This document shows, piece by piece, positions 52,776 to 64,000 of a DNA stretch of 64,000 nt. Source of the stretch: Octopus bimaculoides (taxonomy: Eukaryota). Under the pieces are notes generated by a model. That model saw only the letters and a list, made by a program, of their open reading frames with translations, was not told the origin of the DNA and made no database searches. Location of the stretch: NCBI RefSeq assembly GCF_001194135.2, contig NC_068983.1, positions 112,646,272 through 112,710,271 on the forward strand, in the 5' to 3' direction. Position numbers and translations under genes: made by a program. How positions within the stretch are numbered: position 1 is the first letter of the stretch; the number at the start of each line of letters is the position of its first letter.

Positions 52776-55700
52776 AATTCACTACTAAAAGAACATTCTT
52801 TACTCCTTAACATTAGACACAGATACTTCCACATTGACTTAAACGTGTTATCTGAGTTGTAACCCTATTAAAGCCCTTAAGACCAATCTCCTTATAGAAA
52901 GAAGCAGATGAATGAATGAATGAATGAATGAATGAAAAAGAGATTGCAAATAAAGTGAGATGAGAGAATTAATAATGATATAGAATAAGTAGAAATCTCC
53001 ACAGCTGTCACTGACCAAACTGATTTCTCTTCAGAGAACTAAAAGCAGAAAACTAACAATAAAGTAATATTGCTTTAAACTCATTGAACACAAAATTAAT
53101 AGTCCTTTAGTATGGTTTTATTGCTGGAGTAATTTCTATGAGGCTATCTCAAAGTATACCAAAATGTAATTCCAAAGATTTGATGTCATGTCATTTTAAG
53201 ATTATTTAAAAAATATTCTTATTAGAAATTTTAAACTGATTTCATTTATGAAAGAGTGTCACATGTGGCTTTAAGAATTTACTGAGCCCAAGCTCAAGAA
53301 TTTAAAACCCTGCTTTGGCCATTTTGCTGTGTTTGCCTTTCTAGCAAGAAGCATTAATTTACTTCATTTAATACCTTGAGATAAATGATACTGTATCAAT
53401 TAGTTCAAGATTGGTTTCATTGATAATTAAAACAACAGTAGCAAGAGTCATGGGGTAATATGTTAGTCTCCAGGAAACCAACACAGCAAGACAGGTTCAT
53501 TTTCTGATGAAAGCCAATTCCTTTCACTTACGTTGCTAATTATATCTTAGAGAAAGGTATGAATATAAGAATATCACAGAAACTATTTCTATTCATTCCT
53601 GTTTTTGTGATATTCAGGCCTGTTCTATTGTATTGCTTCAAGAGTAAGTAGGATTTGTCACCTTTATTCAGTATCTACTATAGAGCATAATCTTGATAAT
53701 CAATATCTTCTATAATATGAATGTTGGTATCTAAAGGATTCCATACTACAGGCATTTAAATCTGCTCTGAAAATAAGGAATATATCTCAGATGTAGATAT
53801 ATCATTTTGATAAAATGATTTATCTCTGTTGCCATAGCTTTAACAAATTTTTGCTATCCATGAATCATTTTAATAAAAAAAAAAACTTTCATTATTTACT
53901 CAGATGTCATATCATCGAGCTCTCCACAGTATATAATAAAATGAGTTTTCTTTAGCCAATGCTTTTCGTTTTTTGATCTGTTCAAGAGTTACGTCTCTTT
54001 TTTAACAAGTACTTATGATCTCAGAGATACTTTTTCATCCATTCTCATGGGTTATAATGCCACATTAGCTACAACTTAAAATTAATATTGATGAACAAGT
54101 AAATTCATTTACGTTAAGTATATAATATCTTTGCACACTTTTGTTACAAAATATTTAGCAAAATTGATAGGCATGACTCTCTTGATGGTTTTAATGTCAA
54201 ACTTTGTTGCTGATACATTGGTTTTTAGAGAAAAATTTAATTTGTGTACAAAGCTATAAACTACATTGGAAAATATAAACTAACAAAGAAATATATGAAA
54301 ACTCATTATGTGTTCTTTATAAACGCCAAGGAAAAATGAAGTTAGCAATATTGTTTTGATGAATGCCTGTGGGAAATAAATGTAGCATAAGTATAAAATA
54401 TACAAGTCTCAACTTTCTTTAATTCTGGTGTCTGAGAATTTTTTTATAAGAATGTAAACATAATACAGTATTTTAAATTACCATGTGAACTACATTCTTT
54501 ATTGGTGATTATTAAAATGATCAAACAAATTGTCAGGTCAGTGAATATTTGGTCTGAAGCAGCAAAAGCTAAATTTCAAGACAGTTTCCAAGGAACCAAT
54601 CATGGTTTGTTTAATTAGTGGTTGTACACTGGCTTCAAAGAATATAAATTTGCAATCCTCTATATTAAGAAATGTTTAGATATGGTAAGTATTAACAAGG
54701 GTGCTTATATTCCTCAAAACAAAATTGTAGATATACAGAGAAATACTAGTTTCTTCTAAAAATGATTGATATGTTTATCAGACAAGCTAGCTTCAAAGTA
54801 TAAAGTGGCCAAATCAAATTAAAGACATCTAGAATGCTAAATTATTTTACTAGAAGATTAATGGCCTCTTTTCCAAGGTAAAACTGACTTTCAGTGCATG
54901 TGGTAGAGATTACAGACTATAATTGGTGAAAAGATTGAAATCACTTCACCAAGTAGAGATTCCTCTCTAGTAAATAAACTACCATAAAAACCCATGTAAT
55001 TTGTGCACATGTGTAATTTACACAGGTGATTTTCAGAATAAAAATTGTTAAAAAATGCTTCTACTCGTTTAAAATTCGCACCCAAAAGTTTTTAGAATTG
55101 CTTATATGGCCAGGGAGAAAATGTTTTCAATTTAGTTGTATTTAGCATAATTTCACTTATGATTAGATTTTATTAAATTTTCACTAAATAAAAATAATTT
55201 CTGTTTAACAGAAAGCTGTTAAATTACAAAGTGTTTGTGTTGTTTCTAATAAAATTTATATTACATTTCTTGCCTACAAGAGATTATGTTTGATCTTTAG
55301 CATACTTCTGTATGTCTTCTCAAATCACAGTCACAGTAAAAGTTGTTGATAATTATTATCAACAAAAACAAAGCTGATAAATATGTACAAGTGTTGCAAA
55401 ATAAGTTTAATTACCAATAAACATCAGTTTGGATGACACTACTCAACCAACAGAGGAAGATGACTGATCAAACTGATTATGTAAACAGAATTCTGATTGC
55501 TTTAATGTGTCCTCTTGTCTCAAGCTCTGATTTTCTACCTTTTCTTGTCAGAACCTTTGATAGAGAGTATTGAAATTTTAATCCCTTTCAAATTTATAAA
55601 ATGTCAAGCAAGCTTTAAAATTTGTTATTATTGTTTTAGCCAGGAGACCAAACTGATAGTTTGGTAACCCGCTAAAATAAATATTAAAACTCGAAAGGAG

Positions 55701-56512
55701 AAAATAAAAAGTTTTGCAAGTTTAACTCAGTGTTTATTGGACAAGAGAGGTGTGGAATTTTAGAAGCGACTTGTTAGAATATACATGTCTGTGAGGAGAC
55801 ATAAACAAGAATAGCAAAAATCTACTATACCAAAAGAACTGGTAATACATACATTACAAGTATTCTATGAAGAGAATATAAGATTGCTGCATAATTCAAC
55901 ATGAATGTAAAACATTAAATATCATATAAGGTAAATGAAGATTTCTATAGGAATGCTAAGTAATATTCATATAGTGAGTTTACATGTGCAAGGATAAATT
56001 ATGATGTCATTGTTGAAATTAGATGCAGTAAGATCTGAGAGTGGCAGTGAGGAATTTCATTGTGTTGTAACGTGGAGAAAGTCAGCAAATAGCTTCCTGG
56101 TGCAAATGCAAGTTAAACTCCCTAAGAGGAGAAAAACTGATCTATTTAACGAAATTGCTGGGTTCAGTTGTGATAGGCAGAAACTCCAAGCAATGTAAAA
56201 TATGACCCAGACCATGATTACCATAAAAAAAATTCAACTAATTGAGAATATTTTTGCATACATCATATTGCATGTTACCCCTTAACTCATTAAATGTCTT
56301 ATTTTTTATTATATATATGCAGAAAGAAATTTTTTTCATTTTGTTACCACCAGACTGACAAAGACTATATATTTGCCACCATTAGTAAAAAGGCTATGTG
56401 TTTCCAGCCAACAGGTGTGATGTATTATCAAGTGGAATAGTAGGGATAAAACCAATAGTAACTTTATGCATTAACCAAGGATATACTACTCAATTACATA
56501 GAATATACATAT

Positions 56513-56925
56513 GCAGGAGTGGCTGTGTGGTAAGTAGCTTGCTTACCAACCACATGGTTCCAGGTTCATTCCCACTGCGTGGCACCTTGGGCAAGTGTCT
56601 TCTACTATAGCCTCGGGCCTACCAAAGCCTTGTGAGTGGATTTGGTAGATGGAAACTGAAAGAAGCCCGTCGTATATATGTAGATATATATGAATATGTA
56701 TGTGTGTGTATATGTTTCTGTGTCTGTGTTTGTCCCCCCCAACATCGCTTGACAACCGATGCTGGTGTGTTTACGTCCCCGTAACTTAGTGGTTCGGCAA
56801 AAGAGACCAATAGAATAAGTATTAGGCTTCCAAAGACTAAGTCCTGGGGTCGATTTGCTCGACTAAAGGTGGTGCTCCAGCATGGCCGCAGTCAAATGAC
56901 TGAAACAAGTAAAAGAGTAAAAAGG
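56513..56925 (+). mobile_element. SINE family A, full length
   Basis: Canonical head, internal microsatellite and tail. Confidence 0.92.
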
Positions 56926-56945
56926 GTATACATGTGTCATTTATT

Positions 56946-57174
56946 TTCTTTTACTTGTCTCAGTAATTTGACTGTAGCAACGCTGGAGCACTGCCTTTAG
57001 TCAGGCAAATCGACCCCAGGACTTATTCTTTGTAAGCCTGGTATTTATTCTATCAGTCTCTTTTGTCAAACCACTATATTACAGGGATGTAAACACACCA
57101 GTATCAGTTATCAAGTGATGTTTGGGAGGGGGGGGTGACAAACACTAAACACAAACATTGACACACACGCACAC

Positions 57175-57180
<6 letters not shown>
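56946..57180 (-). mobile_element. SINE family A, 3' half
   Basis: Reverse complement of the family A tail half. Confidence 0.85.
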
Positions 57181-57220
<40 letters not shown>

Positions 57221-57254
57221 CAAAGATTGGGAGAAAGAAATAGAGAGAGAGTTC

Positions 57255-57572
57255 CCTTTGAGTATTGGGCCTCACAGAGGCAATGGCCAAGACCTTTAGC
57301 ATTATGTTGTGTATGAGAAGACCCATCGAGCTGAGCAAAATCGCAGTCATGGCAGATACCGTTGTCATGCAAATGGCACCCATGCTGGTGGCATGTAAAA
57401 GCACCCAATACACTCTTGGAGTGGTTGGCATTGGGATGAGCATCCAGCCATAGAGAACCATGCCAAATTCTACTGGATCCTGGTGCAGCCTTCTGGCATG
57501 TAAGCCCAGTCAAACCATCCAACCCATGCCAGCATGGACAATGGGCATTGACTGATGATGATGACGATGATG
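57255..57572 (+). mobile_element. 5'-truncated RTE 3' end with (GAT)n tail
   Basis: GLTEAM remnant, then ggtggcatgtaaaagcacccaatacactc...ccatgccagcatgga...(gat)n. Confidence 0.7.
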
Positions 57573-58202
57573 CGTCAAAGTAAGTTACTCTGTGTCTCAG
57601 ATAATTTAAGTCTTTGTCGTGCGTACATGTGTGTGTGTAACCTATGCATTCGTCTTTCACACATTCATATAACTGGAATGTTTAAACATTGTTGAAACAT
57701 ATGATGTGCCTCGATTGCCAAGTGTTATAAGGAACATATTCATGCCTAGATAAATCTTGCCAGGATTAATAGTTTGAATTTTAAATCAAAGATCAAGAAA
57801 GAAGATGCATAAAACATATGTTAAATATGTTTTCTTACATGTAACAAAGATCCTAAAATTTCTAGTCACTAGGTAATCATGCATTGCATCATATCTTTCT
57901 TATTAGACACTGTTAGTATGACATAACCTGAAGCAAATTAAACTAAATTATATATTTTATGAAGCAAAATATTTTTTATAGATGAAAAAATAATTACAAT
58001 TTACAAGACATACATGGAATATATGTTTTTCTTTCCTCTTTTCTCTTTTTCCTTTCCTTTTTTTCTTCATAGATTTTTTTTTCTAACCATACAGCCATGA
58101 GTTCATAACAGAGTTGTTTTTGTCCTAAGTTATAGTGTTGAATATTTGTTTGATCGATTGTTACTGTTCAAATTGAAGCTTTTTTTCCCCATTGCAGGAA
58201 AA

Positions 58203-59602
58203 ATGGAGAAAGCACCAGCAGGTGGCCACAGTTATGTGGCTGAAGCTGGAAAAGGGATAGACGTGGAAATGCAGGAAGTACATGAAATAAAGGTTGAACC
58301 ATGAAAAATGAAGGAATATGAGAAGTTGCTGGAAAGAGATGGAAATACACTGAAATTAACACTGCCTGTGGAACTAACAACCAATGTAATGAAAAGGACG
58401 GTTATACATAAGACAATGAAGATAGCAACAAAGAAAATATAAATAGTGACAATTGAGTCTATCAAAGAATGTTTGAAGAATATAAAAAGACTAACCACAT
58501 TTATAGCAAGAGGGAGAAAGTACACTACTGTGGAGGTGTGCTTTGCATCAGAAGTGGAAGCAATTAAGCACTCCATGGAAGCAATAAGATTGGAAGAATG
58601 GGTGCTTTTGCTATCGTACTGTGGCAAACGTGTGACCAGTGGGCAAGTTGGTAAAGTGCCCCCAGAGCTGAAAGAAACATGGCTGATGACAGCCATAATT
58701 TATAACATGAATGAAGAGGCCAAGATACTGAAGGCCACAAGGACTCAAAGGGTAAACTACTGGGGATATGGAATTGAGTAAACTGTTCAAGCAACAGTGG
58801 AAGACCTAAGCAGAATTGTTGAAGAGATAGTGCTGCCCGATGATGTAAGATTGAGAGTGGTGTTGGAGGGCAGACCACCTATATGTTATACATGTGGAGG
58901 AAAAACCACATGAATGTGAGGTGCCCCCAAAGGGAACAACAGATAGAGCAGATGGAGAGGCAGGAGAGCACAGACCAGGTGGTACAGGTTGAGATAAAAG
59001 AGAAAGCAAGGGAGGAGGGATTCACAGTGTTTAAAAAAAGAAAGAAAAATGGGAGAGTGAGCTCTCTACCAGAGCAGCAGAAAAAGAAGAAAGAAGAGGT
59101 GGAAAAGGAGGAAACCAGAAGGAAGGAAGACAAAATGGTGGTGGATAAAGAAAGGGAAAAGGAATTCGAAGAAGTGTTCGAGGAGGAGTTGCATAAGGTG
59201 GAGACATTGGTGAAGATACCGGTTGTTCCAGTGGAGGAAGAAGATTTAAAAATACAACTGCAGAGACTGTTCAGAGTGGAGGGAGAAGAGAAGATACCAG
59301 TAGTGGAGCAGGAAAAGAGGAAACAAACAAGAAAAGGAAATTTTCGATGGAATTTAGCAAAGTACGTGGAATGCAAAGAAACTGAAAAGAAAGTATTAAA
59401 GTTTAAACATATTATAAGAGTGAAATTGCCCATGGATGTGTATTCTGAGAATGGGAAGGCCATCGTGGTTGACAAGGACACCTACAACAGACTAAAAGAC
59501 ATATGCGGAGAAGGGATTCACCCACCAGGAGTGATGGTGGAGTTCGATGAATTGTCACCAGTAGTGGAGCTAAAAGATCTAGAACCTTTCATGAGATATT
59601 AA
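58203..59602 (+). pseudogene. gag/ORF1-like gene with CCHC zinc knuckle and E/K-rich region; three in-frame stops and one frameshift
   Basis: One frame runs from ATG 58203 through ORF 58446-58781 to VVLEGRPPICYTCG. Restoring one base in ggaaaaac gives CYTCGxxxHMNVRC (CX2CX4HX4C) and joins ORF 58883-59602. Confidence 0.7.
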
Positions 59603-59959
59603 AAAGGAAATAAAAAGTAAGTAAAATTGTTTCATTTAAAAAAAGAAGAAAAAACGATGATTAAGAAAAGGACAATGATAAAATAGAACGATTGTAAATA
59701 GTTTATATAAACGTTCAAATGGTACTGCATGGGAGTGAGCCCATGCAGCCGTTTCACATTTTATTTTTGTATAACGTCTCATTTTCATTTGCTTTATGTT
59801 TTTTGTCCCCACTGTGGTGTTGTGTCTGTCTTTGTAGTGTACCCTCTGTGTTGCAGCCATAGTGCCAAAATAAAGAAACAATGAGTTCACCTATACATGT
59901 AAAATTATAAGTGTTAATGATAAAGTAGTGCTGTCCAGCTAAATAATGGTTTAAATTTT

Positions 59960-60120
59960 TGGCTCAAGGCCAGAAATTTCAAAGGAATTTCATCAACCCT
60001 GAAATGATGAAAGGCAAAGTCAACCTTAGCAGAATTTGAACTCAGAACAGAAAGAGCTAGAAGAAATACCACTAAACCTTTTACAAGATTTGCAGACGGT
60101 TTTATCAGATAGTCATCCAC
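59960..60120 (-). mobile_element. SINE family B, degenerate
   Basis: gatgaaaggcaaagtcaacc...gaatttgaactcagaac. Confidence 0.6.
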
Positions 60121-60451
60121 TCCCACTACATAATAAAACTAGCACTCATTAATACAGTAAGATTTAGTATATTTTAACATATTTATCCTGAAGATGGCGA
60201 TGTGCATGGCTAACACAAATCAATTGTTCTTGCTTGTGTTCTTCCCTTTTTTTATTTACTATATGAAGTGTATTACATCAACTCCTAATATTAACCATAC
60301 ATATGATTATAGAATATGGCTCACCACCAAAATGGTTAATAGCCACTTAGTTATTTACTCAACCAAACGTATAAATCAATAATTGTATCCTAATTACACA
60401 TTTGCGTCTATATAAATATGCACAGAAATGCTAACTGAACATGCTTATATA

Positions 60452-60493
<42 letters not shown>

Positions 60494-60770
60494 TATATTA
60501 TATTATATTATATTATATTATATTATATATTATTTTATATTATATTACACTATATCATACTATATTATATATATCATATTATATTAATTATACTGTGCTG
60601 GTGTGTGCATATGTATATATATACACAAACACACACATACAGTATAATTAGGGAGAGAGAAACGGAGTGAGACATATACACGTGTATGTATGTAAAGGCA
60701 ATTACAAAAGAAACAAATACAAATTATGTACATAGAAATATGTATAATTACAAACGTATTTATATATTTT

Positions 60771-60804
<34 letters not shown>

Positions 60805-61299
60805 ATGTGTATGTGTGTGTAAATGTGTGTTTCTTGCAAACAGTAACTGTGTTATTTGCAGTAGAAAGAAAGAAGTAGAAATAGCAATATTTTTCTTTTT
60901 TTTTTTCTTATTAAAAAGAGAAATGTAAAATAAAAAAAATACAAATTAATTAACTAAAAGAACAAATATCAGTCGACACCTTTGCTGCTGCTGCTGCTAC
61001 AAAAATGGCTACAAACATGACAAGAAAGTAGATTAGACAGATGCAGAAGAATACTAATATTTTCACTTAGTTGTACAAAAATTATTGTACTCTTGTGCTG
61101 GTCTCAGTATTTACTGAGAAAAAGACATGTAAAGAAAGAAAAATCTGTTGGAACCATATTTTTTATATTCCGTAATTTTTTGTCTAGACTACTTTATATA
61201 AATTTGTTGTTATTTCTCACAGATAAATATAAGAAATTTATTTAATTATTCTGCAGCATTACTTAAAATACTTCTTTATATATCATGAACATATGTGCA

Positions 61300-61500
61300 G
61301 GCATGGGTGTTTTACTGCCACGTAGCATGGCTGTTCACACACAGGCATCATACAATCTTTCACCTTGTGCGAGAGACCCTTTGTTACCAACAAAGGTAGT
61401 AACTCTCTTAACTTTGCCCAGCCTATTCTTATTCTGGCAGCGACACACTCAGAGCAACTCCCTCCACTGCTGACTTGGTCTTGTAGATAACAGAAGCTAT
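61300..61500 (-). mobile_element. RTE LINE fragment (RT C-terminal region)
   Basis: Minus strand: DQVSSGGSCSECVAARIRIGWAKLRELLPLLVTKGLS..LYDACV.TAML, homologous to ~13340-13530. Confidence 0.8.
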
Positions 61501-61916
61501 CTACAACTTCTAAGTATCCTCCAGGGCATTTGACAGAGTCTATTTATATATTCTTTTATATGTTTCAGTCCTTAGGCTGCAACCATGCACCACCAGAATG
61601 TATATATTATCCTCCATTTTCTAATTGTTATATATATATATATATATTTGATTAATGAGGGAGATGGAAGATGGAAGATACAAAAATGTTTACTGATCAC
61701 TACAACTGGTTCGGCCCATCTAGCATTGATTCCTCACAGGTGAGATATTGAACATCTAGTTTAAGCATATCCATTGGTATAGATGTGTCTCCTCAAGTGA
61801 CAAGATGTATATCATTAAAATAACTTCTGTTCTGTGAGATTTCTTTTTAGTATGTGTATGCAAAAGCAGCAAATCAAGAGATGCAGCTTCATATATAAAT
61901 ATGTATATATATATAC

Positions 61917-61952
<36 letters not shown>

Positions 61953-62726
61953 NNNNNNNNNNNNNNNNNNNNNNNNNNNNNNNNNNNNNNNNNNNNNNNN
62001 NNNNNNNNNNNNNNNNNNNNNNNNNNNNNNNNNNNNNNNNNNNNNNNNNNNNNNNNNNNNNNNNNNNNNNNNNNNNNNNNNNNNNNNNNNNNNNNNNNNN
62101 NNNNNNNNNNNNNNNNNNNNNNNNNNNNNNNNNNNNNNNNNNNNNNNNNNNNNNNNNNNNNNNNNNNNNNNNNNNNNNNNNNNNNNNNNNNNNNNNNNNN
62201 NNNNNNNNNNNNNNNNNNNNNNNNNNNNNNNNNNNNNNNNNNNNNNNNNNNNNNNNNNNNNNNNNNNNNNNNNNNNNNNNNNNNNNNNNNNNNNNNNNNN
62301 NNNNNNNNNNNNNNNNNNNNNNNNNNNNNNNNNNNNNNNNNNNNNNNNNNNNNNNNNNNNNNNNNNNNNNNNNNNNNNNNNNNNNNNNNNNNNNNNNNNN
62401 NNNNNNNNNNNNNNNNNNNNNNNNNNNNNNNNNNNNNNNNNNNNNNNNNNNNNNNNNNNNNNNNNNNNNNNNNNNNNNNNNNNNNNNNNNNNNNNNNNNN
62501 NNNNNNNNNNNNNNNNNNNNNNNNNNNNNNNNNNNNNNNNNNNNNNNNNNNNNNNNNNNNNNNNNNNNNNNNNNNNNNNNNNNNNNNNNNNNNNNNNNNN
62601 NNNNNNNNNNNNNNNNNNNNNNNNNNNNNNNNNNNNNNNNNNNNNNNNNNNNNNNNNNNNNNNNNNNNNNNNNNNNNNNNNNNNNNNNNNNNNNNNNNNN
62701 NNNNNNNNNNNNNNNNNNNNNNNNNN
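61953..62726. other. assembly gap
   Basis: N run. Confidence 1.
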
Positions 62727-62781
62727 CAGAAAGAATATGGAGACAAGGAGAAAAACACGGAGAAAAAAAATATATATATAC

Positions 62782-62820
<39 letters not shown>

Positions 62821-62822
<2 letters not shown>

Positions 62823-62985
62823 CGACGGGCTTCTTTCAGTTTCCATCTACCAAATCCACTCACAAGGCTATGGTCTGCCCAAGGCTATTGTTGAAGACAC
62901 TTGCCCAAGGTGCCACGCAGTGGGTCTGAACCCGGAACCATGTGGTTCGTAAGCAAGCTACTTACTACACAGCCACTCCTATGCC
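62821..62985 (-). mobile_element. SINE family A, 5' half
   Basis: Reverse complement of the family A head, ending in the TA microsatellite. Confidence 0.88.
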
Positions 62986-63234
62986 TATATATACATACAT
63001 ACAAACATACATATGTGTGTGTGTGAGAGGTTTAGGAGCAACACGCAGGTGTATTAGTTTAACACTCAGGGAAAATGGAAAAGTCTTTTATGTTTTGAGC
63101 CTAAACTCTTTCACAGATAGGATTAAAAGGTAAAAATCGGAAAGAGAATGAAAAAATGGGGGGAGAAAAAATGTGCAGAGTTCAACAGTCCAACACTGTA
63201 AGATGACTTGAAAAAAGAGGCTGAATAAAAGAGT

Positions 63235-63290
<56 letters not shown>

Positions 63291-63317
63291 TAATAATGAT
63301 AATGATGATGATGATGA

Positions 63318-63382
63318 NNNNNNNNNNNNNNNNNNNNNNNNNNNNNNNNNNNNNNNNNNNNNNNNNNNNNNNNNNNNNNNNN
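63318..63382. other. assembly gap between (AAT/GAT)n and (GGA)n repeats
   Basis: N run. Confidence 1.
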
Positions 63383-64000
63383 GAGGAGGAGGAGGAAGAT
63401 AGAAATAATAATAATAACAGTAACAGTAACCCCAACGACATAAAGTGCACAAGCATGTGTGTATATGAGAGAATGGTGTGCGTGAGTGTGAATGGGAGTA
63501 AGTGAGTATGTGTGTGTGGGCAAATGCGTGCATATGTGTATATGTTGGGGATAATGCGTATGTGTGTGTGCTATGTGTAGCAGTTGACATGTGTTTGTTC
63601 AGGTGGTGTGCATGTGCATGTGTGTGTGTGTCTGTGACCAAATACTGTGTATGTGTATTATGTATGCTTGTGGTTGATAAATGAATATATATATATATAT
63701 ATATATATATGACACACACATACATAGTACATACATACATATGTACGTACATACACACCCACAGACACATATTCAATTTTAATATATTAAGGTGAAATTA
63801 AGGTGAAGGCTGTGTTCTTGCTGTTGAAGGAAATTGCCTGTCTAATGAGAAATGTGCATTTTCTAATAACGGAAATTGATTTTGTAAATTAAAAATCTTA
63901 AATGTAAATAATAGATATTTCAATTACTAATAAATATAGGGGTCAAACATTAAAGGTGATTGGATCACAAAAACAAGAGTCCTGCTTTTCTCTAGAACAA

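Noticed and set aside
58232-59481. Minus-strand hydrophobic or Ser-rich ORFs
   Set aside because: Antisense shadows of the E/K-rich gag-like frame.
60189-60225. CTGAAGA hammerhead-like core
   Set aside because: No GAAA segment or cleavage triplet follows the putative stem II.
61671-61739. Short plus-strand first exon MEDTKMF...SSQ|gtgaga
   Set aside because: Overlaps a decayed minus-strand hammerhead repeat, which explains the sequence more simply.
4273-63776. ORFs made of HT, CV, YI or poly-I repeats, or spanning X runs
   Set aside because: Translations of microsatellites and N gaps, not genes.
1-64000. CRISPR array, rRNA or true tRNA genes
   Set aside because: No repeat-spacer array or rRNA sequence; the tRNA-like A/B boxes belong to SINE heads lacking a full cloverleaf.

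Overview
AT-rich, repeat-dense, intronic or intergenic animal DNA from a gapped draft assembly (six N-gaps). From memory the SINE, RTE-tail and microsatellite content resembles octopus (coleoid cephalopod) genomes; that is an inference and needs a BLAST check. I cannot support any intact host gene. Most ORFs in the track are microsatellite or gap artefacts, or antisense shadows of transposons. Recognisable content: two full-length decayed mariner elements in opposite orientation, a ~3 kb RTE LINE, smaller RTE/BovB fragments, two R4/Dong-type LINE remnants (one inside a TAA microsatellite), a Charlie/Buster hAT element nested in a foldback element with 15-bp subrepeat arms, TTAA-type MITEs and many tRNA-derived SINEs of several families. 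The most unusual signals are (1) several mutually unrelated type I hammerhead-ribozyme motifs, two inside inverted duplications as expected for Penelope-like or retrozyme-like relics, with no recognisable Penelope ORF; (2) an ORF1/gag-only zinc-knuckle element with a splice acceptor and no ORF2; (3) a 63-bp unique flank shared, inverted, by two otherwise diverged SINE copies; (4) closely spaced inverted SINE pairs able to form long dsRNA.
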